DNA of 64,000 bases. Origin: an uncultured Gemmatimonadales bacterium (GTDB lineage Bacteria; Gemmatimonadota; Gemmatimonadetes; Gemmatimonadales; Gemmatimonadaceae). The DNA is taken from positions 640,001 to 704,000 of the forward strand of contig CAVPQB010000006.1 of NCBI GenBank assembly GCA_963707505.1, given 5' to 3'. The notes under the pieces were generated by a model that saw only the letters and a program-made list of their open reading frames with translations, was not told the origin of the DNA and searched no databases. Position numbers and translations under genes: made by a program. Below, one piece after another: positions 41,720 through 52,464 of this stretch (positions within the stretch are counted from its first letter, which is position 1; every line of letters starts with the position of its first letter).

Positions 41720-43777
41720 ATGAGATTCATCGTTCGATCCGTAGCCGTCGCGACCGTTCTGGTCGTGACCACCGCGGCGTCGCTCACAGCGCAACAGGCC
41801 GCGGGGCTTGCAAGCACGGATATCTCGGCGCTGCGCGGCCTTGGAGACGTTCAGGTTTCACCGGACGGGAAGCACGTTGCGTACGCCGTAACGCGGCGCG
41901 ATACGCCGGGCAGGCCGCGTAGCGAGACGTGGATTCGCGATCTCGCGACCAACGCCGAGTCGCGGCTTGGCACCGACGCAACTGGCGCATCGAGTCCGCA
42001 ATGGTCGCCGGATGGCCGCGCGATCGCATTCTTCGGCCGCGTTGGGGACAGCAGCGGTGTAGCGATCGCGAACGCTGATGGCTCCAATGTCCGATTCATC
42101 GCCTCGGTCAAGGGTACCAATCACGTACTTCCGTCAGTCGGCGAGCGTCTCGCGTGGTCGCCGGACGGACACCGGCTCGCATTCATATCGAGTACTCCGG
42201 GGCCGGAGGTCGACGCGAACGGTGATCCGATGATCATCACGCGGTATTCGTACAAGCCGACAGCGAGTGAAGGGCTGACGCGCTTCAACGACAATCGTCG
42301 GCTTCACATCTTCGTCGCCGACGTCGCCACGAAGCACGTGACGCAGCTCACGACTGGCAACTATTACGAGCACAGCATCGAGTGGTCGCCATCGGGCGCG
42401 GAGATCATGTTCGTCTCGAATCACGGTGCCGATCCGGATCGTGTCTTCAATTACGACGTGTTCGCCGTCAACGTGACGTCCGGCGCGCAGCGTCAGATCA
42501 CGAAGACTGCGTCGCCCGAGTACCAGCCTGTCTGGTCGCCTGACGGGCGCCGCATCGCGTACCTCGGCACCAAGCGGTCGCTGACGTCGTCCGAGACGAC
42601 GATGGAGGACACGCACGTCTGGGTAATGAACTCCGACGGATCGAATCGCCGAGAGGTCGGGATATCCGTCGACAATCGTCAACGTGCACCGCGGTGGTCT
42701 CGCGACGGTACTTCGCTCTACACCGTGGTGCAGGTGCACGGCGACAGCAAACTGTATCGCGTCCCGGTGGATGGCGGCTCGCCGCATGTAGTCGTGGGCG
42801 ATGAGGGCCAGATCGGATCGTGGTCGCTCATGTCGAACGGCGGGCTGATCTATGCCTTCGCCGCGCCGACCGAGCCGGCAATGCTTCGCGAGATGAATGC
42901 GTCGGGCGTCGCTCACGACATCGTTCGGCTCAACACGGCACTACTCGCGAAACGCCGTATCGCACCGGTCGAGCGCTTCACGTTCAAGTCGCGTGATGGT
43001 CTGCAGGTCGAAGCGTACTTCACCGCGCCGCTGGATCGCACAGCAAGGTCGAAGTATCCACTGATCGTGCAGATCCATGGTGGGCCGCATGGTGCGCAAG
43101 GATCCGCATTCAACGACAAGGCGCAGGTGTACGCGGCGCACGGGATGGCGACGTTGATGGTGAACTACCGCGGCTCGACCGGATACGGCCAGAAGTTCGC
43201 GGACGCGATCTTCAACGATCAGGACGGCAGCGAAGCTGAGGACGTGATGGCTGGCGTCGATGCTGCGCTTGCGCGTTATCCGTGGCTCGACTCCACGAGA
43301 ATGGGCGTGGAGGGAACGAGCTACGGGGGACAACTCACCGACTGGCTGATCACGCGCACCAACCGCTTCAAGGCGGCGATTCCAACTGCCGGCATCTCCA
43401 ATCTGGTCAGCTTCAACTACATGTCGTACTACCACGACTATCTCGCCGTGGAGTTCGGTACGTACCCGCACGAGGGTGCGTTGATGGACACGCTGTGGAA
43501 GCGTAGCGCGCTGCGTTACGTCTCTCGCGTGAAGACGCCGGTGATGTTGGTGCACGGTGAGAACGACAACGATGTGCCGATCGCCGAGGCGGAGCAGTTC
43601 TACATCGCACTGAAGGACGTCGGTGTGCCTATGGTGATGATTCGTTATCCGCGCGAAGGGCACGGAGTGCGTGAGACGAAGCACGTCATCGATTTCATCG
43701 ACAGGAGTATCGCGTGGTACAACCGCTGGTTTTCTCATTCGGGCCCAAGGGAGGGTCGATGTGAAAAGATCAGGTAG
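41720..43777 (+). CDS. S9 prolyl oligopeptidase-family peptidase
   Basis: Signal peptide, WSPDG propeller repeats, IHGGPH, NYRGSTGYG, GTSYGG, HGENDNDV, EGHG. Confidence 0.94.
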   Translation: MRFIVRSVAVATVLVVTTAASLTAQQAAGLASTDISALRGLGDVQVSPDGKHVAYAVTRRDTPGRPRSETWIRDLATNAESRLGTDATGASSPQWSPDGRAIAFFGRVGDSSGVAIANADGSNVRFIASVKGTNHVLPSVGERLAWSPDGHRLAFISSTPGPEVDANGDPMIITRYSYKPTASEGLTRFNDNRRLHIFVADVATKHVTQLTTGNYYEHSIEWSPSGAEIMFVSNHGADPDRVFNYDVFAVNVTSGAQRQITKTASPEYQPVWSPDGRRIAYLGTKRSLTSSETTMEDTHVWVMNSDGSNRREVGISVDNRQRAPRWSRDGTSLYTVVQVHGDSKLYRVPVDGGSPHVVVGDEGQIGSWSLMSNGGLIYAFAAPTEPAMLREMNASGVAHDIVRLNTALLAKRRIAPVERFTFKSRDGLQVEAYFTAPLDRTARSKYPLIVQIHGGPHGAQGSAFNDKAQVYAAHGMATLMVNYRGSTGYGQKFADAIFNDQDGSEAEDVMAGVDAALARYPWLDSTRMGVEGTSYGGQLTDWLITRTNRFKAAIPTAGISNLVSFNYMSYYHDYLAVEFGTYPHEGALMDTLWKRSALRYVSRVKTPVMLVHGENDNDVPIAEAEQFYIALKDVGVPMVMIRYPREGHGVRETKHVIDFIDRSIAWYNRWFSHSGPREGRCEKIR

Positions 43778-46700
43778 CCGTTGGCTACTGTTCGCGATGT
43801 TGTCATTTACGGGGGTAGGCGTTGCCGGAAGTGTTGCTGGAGCACAGGCCGGCGTGGCGTCACAGGGAACTGCAACGATCACGGGAACGATTACCGACTC
43901 GGCGGGACATGCACCGATCGCCGAAGTTCAGGTCTCTGCGGGTCCGGCTGGCGTTACATCAGGCACGGTGATAAAAGGTGGACTGACCGCGCCAAATGGA
44001 CGATTCACGATCACCGGAGTCGCGCCTGGTGCAGTGACAGTTCGAGCACGCTCTGCTCGGCTTCGCCCCGGTCACGAGGCAGGTTACCGCGACCGCCGGA
44101 GCTGTCACCACGGTCGACATCGCGTTGATGCACCAGACCGCATTGCTCGATCAGGTCGTTGTGACGGGTACAGCAGGTGCGACGCAACGTCGCGCGGTCG
44201 GCAACGTGATCGAGAGCATCAAGGCGACCGACATCCTAACCGTTGCGCCCGTCACCACGGTCGACCAGCTGGTGGAAGGCCGCACGCCGGGTCTCGTGGT
44301 GCTGCCTTCATCCGGACAGGTCGGTACCGGATCGCAGCTTGCGCGTGCGCGGTGTGAGCAGTCTTTCGCTGACCAACGAGCCACTGATCTACATCGATGG
44401 CGTGCGCATGGACGGCGAACGCCAGTCGCGGTCCGTCACAACGTGGTGGCATCGGGTACCAGCGCACTCGACGACATCAATCCGGAAGACATCGAGAGCA
44501 TCGAAGTCATCAAGGGGCCGGCGGCCGGAACGCTGTATGGCACCGAGGCGTCGAACGGCGTTATTCAGATCATCACCAAGCGTGGCAGGAGCGGCAAGGC
44601 ATCGTGGAACTTCAGCCAGCGACAGGGCACCAACTGGCTTGCGAATCCAGCGGGACGGGCCGGCACGCTGTACTCCAAGGATCCCACGACGCAGCAGCTG
44701 GACAGTGTCAACTGTACATCCACGAGGAACAGTCCGGCAACGGGCCGATCTTTCAGAACGGCATGCTCGAAGGCACCAATCTGAGCCTGGCGGCGGCTCG
44801 GATCTCGCCAGGTACTTCACGTCGGTGAATTACGACGATGACGTTGGCGTCGTGCCGTGGAACGTGGCCAAGAAGCTGGGTGCACGCGCGAATCTCGACC
44901 TGCTCGTCGGCAACAAGCTGAAGATTACGACGAACATCGGCCTACCTGCGCAACCGGATCCGGCTCGCGCAGGGCGCGATCGACATCGATCCATTCAGCA
45001 ATCTGATCTGGGGCAATCCGCTCACGCTCACCAAGGGGCAGCGCGGCTTCAATACGTCGCCACCGGAAGAATGGTCGACGGTCGAGAACCACGCCGACGT
45101 GGATCGGACGACGTCGAACCTTACCCTGAATTACACGCCGATTTCGTGGTTCACCAATCGACTCATAGCCGGACTGGATGCGAGCACCGAGAACAACTGG
45201 GTGCTGTATCCGCGCCAGCCGAACGGCAACCTGGACTTCCTGGGCAACAACGGCCTCGGCTCGAAGACAGTCTCGCGCGCGTTGCACAATTTCATAACGC
45301 TCGACTACTCTGGCTCTGCCAAGTATCATCGCGGTGACAATCTCGACTTCACAAGCAGCATTGGACTGCAGTACTACCATCAGGATCTGAACACGATCAC
45401 TGCAACTGGTTCGAACTTCCCGGCGATTCCGATCACGACTGTCAGCGGCGGAACGACGCGCACTGGCGCCGAGACGTATACGGGAAATGCGACGGTTGGT
45501 GTTTTCGGTCAGGAAGAGATGGCGTGGCGTAACCGCGTCTTCCTCACGGTCGCGCTGCGCGGAGACGATAACAGCGCGTTCGGCAAGCAGTTCAAGGCCG
45601 CCTACTATCCCAAGTTCAGCGGATCGTGGGTGATCGGCGAGGAGCCGTGGTTCCACGTACCGCTCGTCAACAGTCTGCGGTTGCGCGCTGCGTACGGCGC
45701 GTCAGGCACACAGCCTGGTGCCTTCGACGCATCGCAGCTGTACGCACCGTCGGTCGGTTATGCGGATCAGCCTGGTCTCGTACCGAATGCATTCGGGAAT
45801 CCTGCGCTGCGTCCGGAGCTCAGCAAGGAGCTCGAAATGGGCTTCGAGAGCACGGTGCTCGGCGGCAGCGACAGACCTCAGCTACTCGCACTATCATCGC
45901 AACATCACGGACGCGATCGTGAACTCGCCGCTTCCGCCGTCGACCGGTTTCCCCGGTTCGCAGATCGTGAACATCGGTCGCGTTACTGGCTGGGGTAACG
46001 AGCTCGCCATCAATACGCGACTCATCACGCGGCGACAAGTTCTCGTGGGCAGTCGGAACGTCGTACTCCAAGAACGGGAATCGCATCGAGGACATGGGCG
46101 GGATTCCGTTCATCACGATTGCGGGTGGTCAGGCACAGAATCGCGTCGGATTCGGAATCGGCGACATCTTCATGTACAAGGTTCTGTCTGCGACCATCGA
46201 CTCGGCTGGCTTCGTCACATCGGCGACGTGCGATGGCGGCACTGGCAAGCAGGGGTTGGAGATGGGTGGCAAGCCCGTTCCGTGCGCGCAGGCACCACGT
46301 GTACGCTGGGGCCCGTCGCAGCCGACGTGGCAGCTTGGTGTGAACACCACGGTCACACTGTTCAAGCGGCTGACTCTGTACGCGTCGGCTGACGGTAACG
46401 GTGGCAACTATCAGTCTGACACCGAGATTCGCGCGTTGCACAATCTCGGGCTCACCCGTGCAGTGATCGAGCGCGACGATCCAATTCTTCAGGAATACCG
46501 CAGCATCGAGAACGATGCGACCGGTACCTTCCTCGCAAGCTTCGTTCGACTGCGTGAGCTCTCGGCGACGTACAGCCTGCCGGATCATTTCGCGGGCCGG
46601 ATCGGCGCGCATGGCGGATCGTTCAGTCTTGCGATGCGCAATGTTGCGATGCTCTGGACTGGCGCACAGGGCTGGAATACGTCGCGTGACGGTCTCGTGT

Positions 46701-46828
46701 ATGTGCCTGTCGCCAACCAGCATGTCTGGGACGCGGAGACTCGTGCCGCAGGCCAGCTCTCACAAGGCTATCAGACCATTCTGCCTCCAGCAGCCAGCCT
46801 CACGGCGACGCTGCGGCTCTCCTTCTAA
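43761..46828 (+). pseudogene. SusC/RagA-like TonB-linked outer membrane protein, multiply frameshifted (likely sequence error)
   Basis: Fragments across frames: ITGTITD, LDQVVVTG, RVRGVSS..NEPLIYIDGVR, DINPEDIESIEVIKGPAAGTLYGTEASNGVIQIITKRG, LRLRAAYG, GNPALRPE, RLRELSATY, C-terminal LSF. Confidence 0.85.
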
Positions 46829-46846
46829 CGTTACGGGAATCCTAAG

Positions 46847-48130
46847 ATGCAATATCACAACTCAAACGGCAGCCGGAGAAAACCGTTCGGTCGAGGCGTC
46901 GCAAGATCGGTTCTGGTACTCGGTCTTGCGGCCGCAACCGCTTGCAGCAGCCTGCTCGACGTTACCAACCCGGGCGTTGTAAAGAGCAGCGATCTCGCCG
47001 ATCCCGCGCTGGCTCCGACTCTCGATGCAGCAGCACTCGGCAGCTTCAACTGCGCATTTGCGCAGTACGTGGCGACGGCCGGCGTGCTGTCTGGAGAATA
47101 CATAGTTTCCAACTCGTTCGTCGATGCGAATCAGTGGGGTTGGCGCGGAGTGGAAACCAAGACTCAGCCTGGAACGTGTCCTACGAGTCGCGCGACGACG
47201 TCGCTGGGTTTCTACACGCCGTTGCAATCGGCGCGCTTTCAGGCCGAGGATGCTGCGAAGCGCATCACCGCGTTCACCGATGCACAGGTGCCGACGCGCG
47301 CAACCATGCTGGCCGAGCTCACGACATACGCTGCATACACCTACGTTCTGCTCGGCGAGGGAATGTGCAACATGACAGTCGACAACGGGCCGCTCATAAC
47401 GCGTGACAGCACCTTCAAGATCGCAGTTGCCAAATTCACCGCGGCGCTGGCTCTTGCGCAGACGGCGAACTATGCGGCGATGACCAACATGGCGCTCGTG
47501 GGTCGAGCTCGAGCGGAGCTCGATCTTGGGAATCTGACGGCTGCGAAAGCGGATGCGCAGGCAGTGCCGGCGGGCTTCGTTCGCAATGCGGAGTATTCGG
47601 AAACCACGGTTGCACGTGAGAATCGCATCTACAATCTCACGATCAGAAACGACTTCCTGTCGGTTGGTCCGGATTACCGTAATCTCACCGTTGGCGGTGT
47701 GCCCGATCCCAGGGTGCCGGCGTTGAACACGGGTCGTTTCGGAAACGATGCAGTCACTCCGCAGTGGCAGCAGCGGAAGTTCATTGGAACCGGCGCGGTG
47801 CCGATGCCGATAGCGTCGTGGGCCGAAGCGCAGTTGATCTACGCGGAAGCTGCTGGTGGACAGGAGGCGAAGGACGCCATCAATCGCGTGCGCGCGTCGC
47901 GTGGCGTCGCGCCGCTCAACGGCAGCGAAGGCTCGGACATAGAGGCGATAGTGCTCGAAGAGCGCCGGCGCACGCTCTTCAGCGAGGGACAACGTCTTGG
48001 AGACATGCTGCGGACGAATATTCCGTTTCCGTCCGGCGTGAATCACAAGGGGCAAACGTACGGTCCGACCACGTGCGTACCGTTGCCCGATGTCGAGACA
48101 CAGAACAATCCGAACCTGCGCGGCTCGTGA
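46847..48130 (+). CDS. SusD/RagB-family lipoprotein
   Basis: Lipobox ATAC-SSLLDVTNP, EAQLIYAEA, INRVRA, EERRRTLFSEGQRLGDMLR, PLP..E..NNPN; follows susC. Confidence 0.9.
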   Translation: MQYHNSNGSRRKPFGRGVARSVLVLGLAAATACSSLLDVTNPGVVKSSDLADPALAPTLDAAALGSFNCAFAQYVATAGVLSGEYIVSNSFVDANQWGWRGVETKTQPGTCPTSRATTSLGFYTPLQSARFQAEDAAKRITAFTDAQVPTRATMLAELTTYAAYTYVLLGEGMCNMTVDNGPLITRDSTFKIAVAKFTAALALAQTANYAAMTNMALVGRARAELDLGNLTAAKADAQAVPAGFVRNAEYSETTVARENRIYNLTIRNDFLSVGPDYRNLTVGGVPDPRVPALNTGRFGNDAVTPQWQQRKFIGTGAVPMPIASWAEAQLIYAEAAGGQEAKDAINRVRASRGVAPLNGSEGSDIEAIVLEERRRTLFSEGQRLGDMLRTNIPFPSGVNHKGQTYGPTTCVPLPDVETQNNPNLRGS

Positions 48131-48149
48131 TTTTGTAGAGTTCACCTGG

Positions 48150-48190
48150 AATCCCCCTGTCATTGTCCTGAGATGGCAGGGGGATTTTTT
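48150..48190 (+). terminator. Rho-independent terminator after susD
   Basis: AATCCCCCTGTCAT...ATGGCAGGGGGATT stem followed by a T run. Confidence 0.8.
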
Positions 48191-48257
48191 GTTCAGTGCT
48201 GCATACGTGGAACCGTGCCCGTGGATATCATCTGAATCGCAGCTGGATCGCTGTCAT

Positions 48258-49706
48258 CTACATGTGTGCAGACGGATCCATGACCCGCGGACGCGGACGC
48301 GGACGGAGACGCAGAAATACTGTGGCGCCTACTGGCGTGCGCGTGCCGTATGTGTCTCGCAGGGTGGATGGGACCATGTTGATCGTACCGGCGGCACCCA
48401 GTCCCAGACTCCCACCGTGCACCGCTGCGAGCTCGCGCACGTAGCCCAGCGTGAGTTCACCGACATCGTACTGAATCGACGCCAGTGGTTTCGTGATTAC
48501 GATCGCGCTTGCGCGTGTCCCTTGTGTGAGTGAAGCGGCAGGTGCCATCACGCCTGGAACCGGGAGATCTTCGGGGCCCTTCTGCACGAATTCTGCGCGA
48601 GTGAAAACAGCGTTATTCCGGTCGAGCGTAAGATTGCTCTCGGCTAGCAGGCTATTGGACAGACTGCTCTGGCCGGTGTGCTTGTTGGCCCCATAAATGA
48701 GTGCGCTGGACCAGTCACTGGATGTACCAGAAGCAAGCTCGTACAGCACTGATGCGCTGATACGATGCAGCGACTCCTCGGGATGCAACTGTTCCGGGCT
48801 TTTGAGGTAAGCATACGATCCTGAAAGACTCCAGTTATCGGCAGGATTTACAGTGATACGTCCCGCGTAGGAATCCAGACTGCGTCCCTTGTAGTCGAAG
48901 TTGGTGCGAGTCTCATCCGGCTCCCGGCCGTTGAAGATCGAGCCTTCCAGTCGCACCGTGCGTGTATAGATACCGCCGGTGAGCACGCCGAATGAGATAT
49001 GCGTCGCATCCTGCCAGTGATGTCCGATCGGCGCGAGCGGGTCATTGGCTGCACTTGGGCGATGTGGGAATGCAACGGGGCCGATCGCTGGCTCACCGAC
49101 GGGCGCCGCATAAAGCGACAAGGCGAGATTGTCGCCGATCGCCTGATCGTAGATCGCCGCGATCTCCATGAAGAGATCGTGTGGATGTTGTCGATCGTAG
49201 AGCGGTTGACCGTGGTACGACTCACCCGATTGCAGAAGCAACGGATAGCCATGCGAGCCAATTGTGAACGGTTCGGCACTTACCATTCCGCGCAGGTTGA
49301 GACGACCACCGGCGAGATCGTGTCCGGCCATCAGCATTCCCCAATTCACGCTGCCGAATTGTCTGTCGCCGCGCCTTGTGCCCTGGTCATCGTACTGCAT
49401 AAAGGCGACGCCGTGCAGCATCACATCCCACGCGCCGAGCATTGTGTGAGATGCATGCATCGTCGTCACGTCCGGCAGCCACGATGTGCCCGAGCCCATG
49501 CGCTGCATGGGAATGCCGAGCGGCGCCGAGCTCATGGACATCCCGCGCATGGAAGCTTTCCCCGAGCTGTCGCGCGCGGGATTGTGATGAGCGGAATCAG
49601 CCTGCGATGGATGCGTGTGCTGGGCGAACGCCAGCGGAGCCGCGAAGGTCGTCGCGAGAGCTGCGACGAAGAGCGTGCATGCGTGGGAGCGTAATAAAAG
49701 CGACAT
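48258..49706 (-). CDS. Conserved outer-membrane protein with His/Met-rich N-terminus (putative copper/metal related)
   Basis: Signal peptide, QHTH...HH...MRGMSM, GSGTSWLP, DRQHPHDLFME, HHWQDATHI, alternating beta strands. Confidence 0.7.
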   Translation of the reverse strand: MSLLLRSHACTLFVAALATTFAAPLAFAQHTHPSQADSAHHNPARDSSGKASMRGMSMSSAPLGIPMQRMGSGTSWLPDVTTMHASHTMLGAWDVMLHGVAFMQYDDQGTRRGDRQFGSVNWGMLMAGHDLAGGRLNLRGMVSAEPFTIGSHGYPLLLQSGESYHGQPLYDRQHPHDLFMEIAAIYDQAIGDNLALSLYAAPVGEPAIGPVAFPHRPSAANDPLAPIGHHWQDATHISFGVLTGGIYTRTVRLEGSIFNGREPDETRTNFDYKGRSLDSYAGRITVNPADNWSLSGSYAYLKSPEQLHPEESLHRISASVLYELASGTSSDWSSALIYGANKHTGQSSLSNSLLAESNLTLDRNNAVFTRAEFVQKGPEDLPVPGVMAPAASLTQGTRASAIVITKPLASIQYDVGELTLGYVRELAAVHGGSLGLGAAGTINMVPSTLRDTYGTRTPVGATVFLRLRPRPRPRVMDPSAHM

Positions 49707-49843
49707 CTATAAATCCGGAAGCAATCGTCGCGGCGCAGTTGCCTGTGACGATCAAACGGTATTGGTCATCGGTGTCAGCTGTGGCACCGGGGAGTCTCCG
49801 CGAACAGTGCGTGACTCTGAGCGCCGCGGATCGCGGCGGAGGG

Positions 49844-50236
49844 CTACGCCTTGGGCGGCGGCGGCTCTGGCGCGACTGCCAGTGCGATCGGCGGCTCCTG
49901 ATACGCGGCATGTACCGATGTCACGATCGCCGTCGTAGCCTGAGGTGTAGCGACTGTTGATGGGAGCGCGATGGCGCTGCATCCTGTAACTGCGGGACAG
50001 CAGTTCGTGCCCGTGGAATTGTCGCACGGAGCATGTTTGTGCTGATCGAGTGGAGCTTTGGCCGGATCGTTGTCGGCGCGACGCGCGTGGTGTTGTGACG
50101 TAGGGGGCACCGCGCGAGTTGATGTGCCGGGCATCGCTGCCGACTGTCCCATCGCCGTGCACGGCGCCATGCCGATCCCTGTCAACACAGGGATCAGCAG
50201 AACGCTTAGCAGGATCCGGACGATGCGACTGGCCAT
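49844..50236 (-). CDS. DUF2946-like Cys/His-rich protein with C-terminal polyproline
   Basis: Signal-like N-terminus, HKHAPC...NCCPAVTGC, ends APEPPPPKA. Confidence 0.7.
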   Translation of the reverse strand: MASRIVRILLSVLLIPVLTGIGMAPCTAMGQSAAMPGTSTRAVPPTSQHHARRADNDPAKAPLDQHKHAPCDNSTGTNCCPAVTGCSAIALPSTVATPQATTAIVTSVHAAYQEPPIALAVAPEPPPPKA

Positions 50237-50473
50237 GATGAGAAATGTAAGTGGCAAATCACGCGCCGTTACTGGGGCAGCTGTCCGCCGACGCGTCACT
50301 GTCGCCCTGGCTGGTTTGCGATCGATGGCATGATCCGACGATAATCCGGGGGATACGGGAGCGGCATGGGGGCAACGGGATCGAGACATCATCTGACGGT
50401 CCGACGTATGCGTCTCACTTTCAGTCTCGATTCGAATTCCAGGCCGACGACTCCCTACACTGTAAGGTGCAAC

Positions 50474-51241
50474 ATGCGCGCAACGACAATTCGTAACAGG
50501 CCGGAGCGCTTCGGCCTGCCGCGGCGGCCCGCCGGCTCCATTCTCCTACTCATCGCGGCAGGAGCGGTCCTCGGCTGCTCGAAAGGCGGCACGTCTTCCT
50601 CAGCGGGCATGTCGGGAACTCCATCGGACTCCAGCGCGATGGCGGCGCCGTCGGCTGCACAGTCCAATCTTTCGCCCGTTCGCGGCACCATAGCCAGCGT
50701 CACCGACAGCATGCTCACGGTATCCTCGGACAGCGGTGCCGTGAAGGTGATGATTGCGGCGCCGCTGCAGGTGTACTCTCGTGTGGCGGCCAAGCTAGCC
50801 GATGTAAAGGAAAACTCGTTCGTGGGCGTTACGTCGGTGGCGCAACCCGATGGGTCGCAACGTGCGACCGAGATCCATATTTTCCCGGACCAGCTGCGCG
50901 GAACGGGTGAGGGCAGCTACCTCATGACGCAACAGGCCGGTGCCACTGGTCGTAACAGAAGCACAATGACCAATGGTACAGTTACGGGCTCGCAGATGAC
51001 CAATGGTACTGCGAGTGCTCCACGCATGACGAACGGCACGATCAGCGGGCAGGCCGGCGGAACGCTTACCGTGCAGTACAAGGGCGGCACACAGACAATC
51101 ACTGTTCCTGCAAACGTCTCCGTCACTGCAATCGCACCTACGCAGACCAAACTGGCAGTGGGCTCGAAAGTCATTGTTCTGGCGACCAGACAGCCGGATG
51201 GCACACTCAAGGCGTCGGCCGCGATGCTGCAGCGTGGCTGA
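50474..51241 (+). CDS. Lipoprotein, DUF5666-like OB-fold
   Basis: Lipobox VLGC; VRGTIASV, FVGVT, ATEIHIFP..LRGTGEG, MTNGT x3. Confidence 0.7.
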   Translation: MRATTIRNRPERFGLPRRPAGSILLLIAAGAVLGCSKGGTSSSAGMSGTPSDSSAMAAPSAAQSNLSPVRGTIASVTDSMLTVSSDSGAVKVMIAAPLQVYSRVAAKLADVKENSFVGVTSVAQPDGSQRATEIHIFPDQLRGTGEGSYLMTQQAGATGRNRSTMTNGTVTGSQMTNGTASAPRMTNGTISGQAGGTLTVQYKGGTQTITVPANVSVTAIAPTQTKLAVGSKVIVLATRQPDGTLKASAAMLQRG

Positions 51242-51314
51242 TGACATCGGCGCGACGGATTCGTTCCGATGCTCGCTGGTGCGGCCGTTTTCCACCCAAA
51301 TCGCCAGAGGCGTC

Positions 51315-52415
51315 GTGGGGACTCATTCGGTTATCAGACAGTCGGTCAGTTCGCTCATCGGTGTAATTCTGGCGCTTGCTTCGACGAGCGCGTCGCTCCA
51401 CGCCTTGCAGAACAAGCCGGCGTCATGTGCAGCAACGCTGACGTCACTGACGCCTGAGAATTATCGTCGCGTACTTCCGTCGACGCGCGCGCCGGCAAAT
51501 TCCGATCTCCGCGTCGTCACGGAGTTGCCACTACCGGGATCGGCCAACCGATTCGATTATCAGAGCTTCGATCCGATCACTCACAAGTTGTACATGAACC
51601 ACATGAACGCTGGAGAGACGCTGGTCTTTTCGACTGATAGCGGTCGTATCGTTGGGCGAATCGCGGGAGTGCCGCGCGCGACGGGCGTTCTGGCAATTCC
51701 GTCTCTCCACCGGGTGTATATATCGGCGGCGGGCGCTCACGAGGTTGTAGGAGTGGATGATCGAACCCTCAAAGTCGTTCAACGAACTGGCGACATTCAG
51801 TTTCCCGATGGGATCGCGTATGATGCAGACGCGGGAAAGCTTTTCGTATCCGACGAATCAGGTGGTGCGGACGTCGTCATCGATGCGGTCACGGGTAAGA
51901 AGCTTGCCATCATCGCACTCGGCGGTGAGGCCGGCAATACACATTACGATTCTGTCTCTCACTGCGTTCTGGTAGCGGTGCAGACGCGGAATCAACTCGT
52001 GGCGATCGATCCTGTAAGCGAGCGGATCGTCGGCCGGTATGATTTACCTGGATCGGAGCATCCTCACGGTTTCGCACTCGACCAACCCGGCCGGCTTCTG
52101 TTCATGTCGTGCGAAGGAAATGCAAAGTTACTGGTGCTGGATCTCACCACGATGCGCGTCATCGGATCGCATGACGTAGGGAACACTCCCGATGTGCTGG
52201 CATGGGATGCGGCGCTGCGCCGACTGTATGTCGCGTCCGAAGGCGGTTTGTTGTCGGCGTTCTGGGCAGATGGAACCACGCTCCGGCCGGCTGGTGAGTA
52301 CCGTGCGCCGCATGCACATACGGTCGGACTCGATTCACACAGCCACCGTCTGTACCTTCCGCTTCAGGATATTGGTGGTCGCCCCGTGCTTCGTGTTCTC
52401 GCGCCTTCGAATTAG
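51315..52415 (+). CDS. YncE/YVTN-like beta-propeller protein (start uncertain)
   Basis: RFDYQSFD, PDGIAYD, PHGFALD, PDVLAWD, AHTVGLD blade repeats. Confidence 0.8.
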   Translation: MGTHSVIRQSVSSLIGVILALASTSASLHALQNKPASCAATLTSLTPENYRRVLPSTRAPANSDLRVVTELPLPGSANRFDYQSFDPITHKLYMNHMNAGETLVFSTDSGRIVGRIAGVPRATGVLAIPSLHRVYISAAGAHEVVGVDDRTLKVVQRTGDIQFPDGIAYDADAGKLFVSDESGGADVVIDAVTGKKLAIIALGGEAGNTHYDSVSHCVLVAVQTRNQLVAIDPVSERIVGRYDLPGSEHPHGFALDQPGRLLFMSCEGNAKLLVLDLTTMRVIGSHDVGNTPDVLAWDAALRRLYVASEGGLLSAFWADGTTLRPAGEYRAPHAHTVGLDSHSHRLYLPLQDIGGRPVLRVLAPSN

Positions 52416-52464
52416 CGCAACATCGGAGCCTCCCGCCGCGTCGGCGACGTCGGCGGCGCGGGTG

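Noticed and set aside
40238..46828. Programmed frameshifting or phase variation
   Set aside because: Too many shifts, not at consistent slippery or repeat tracts
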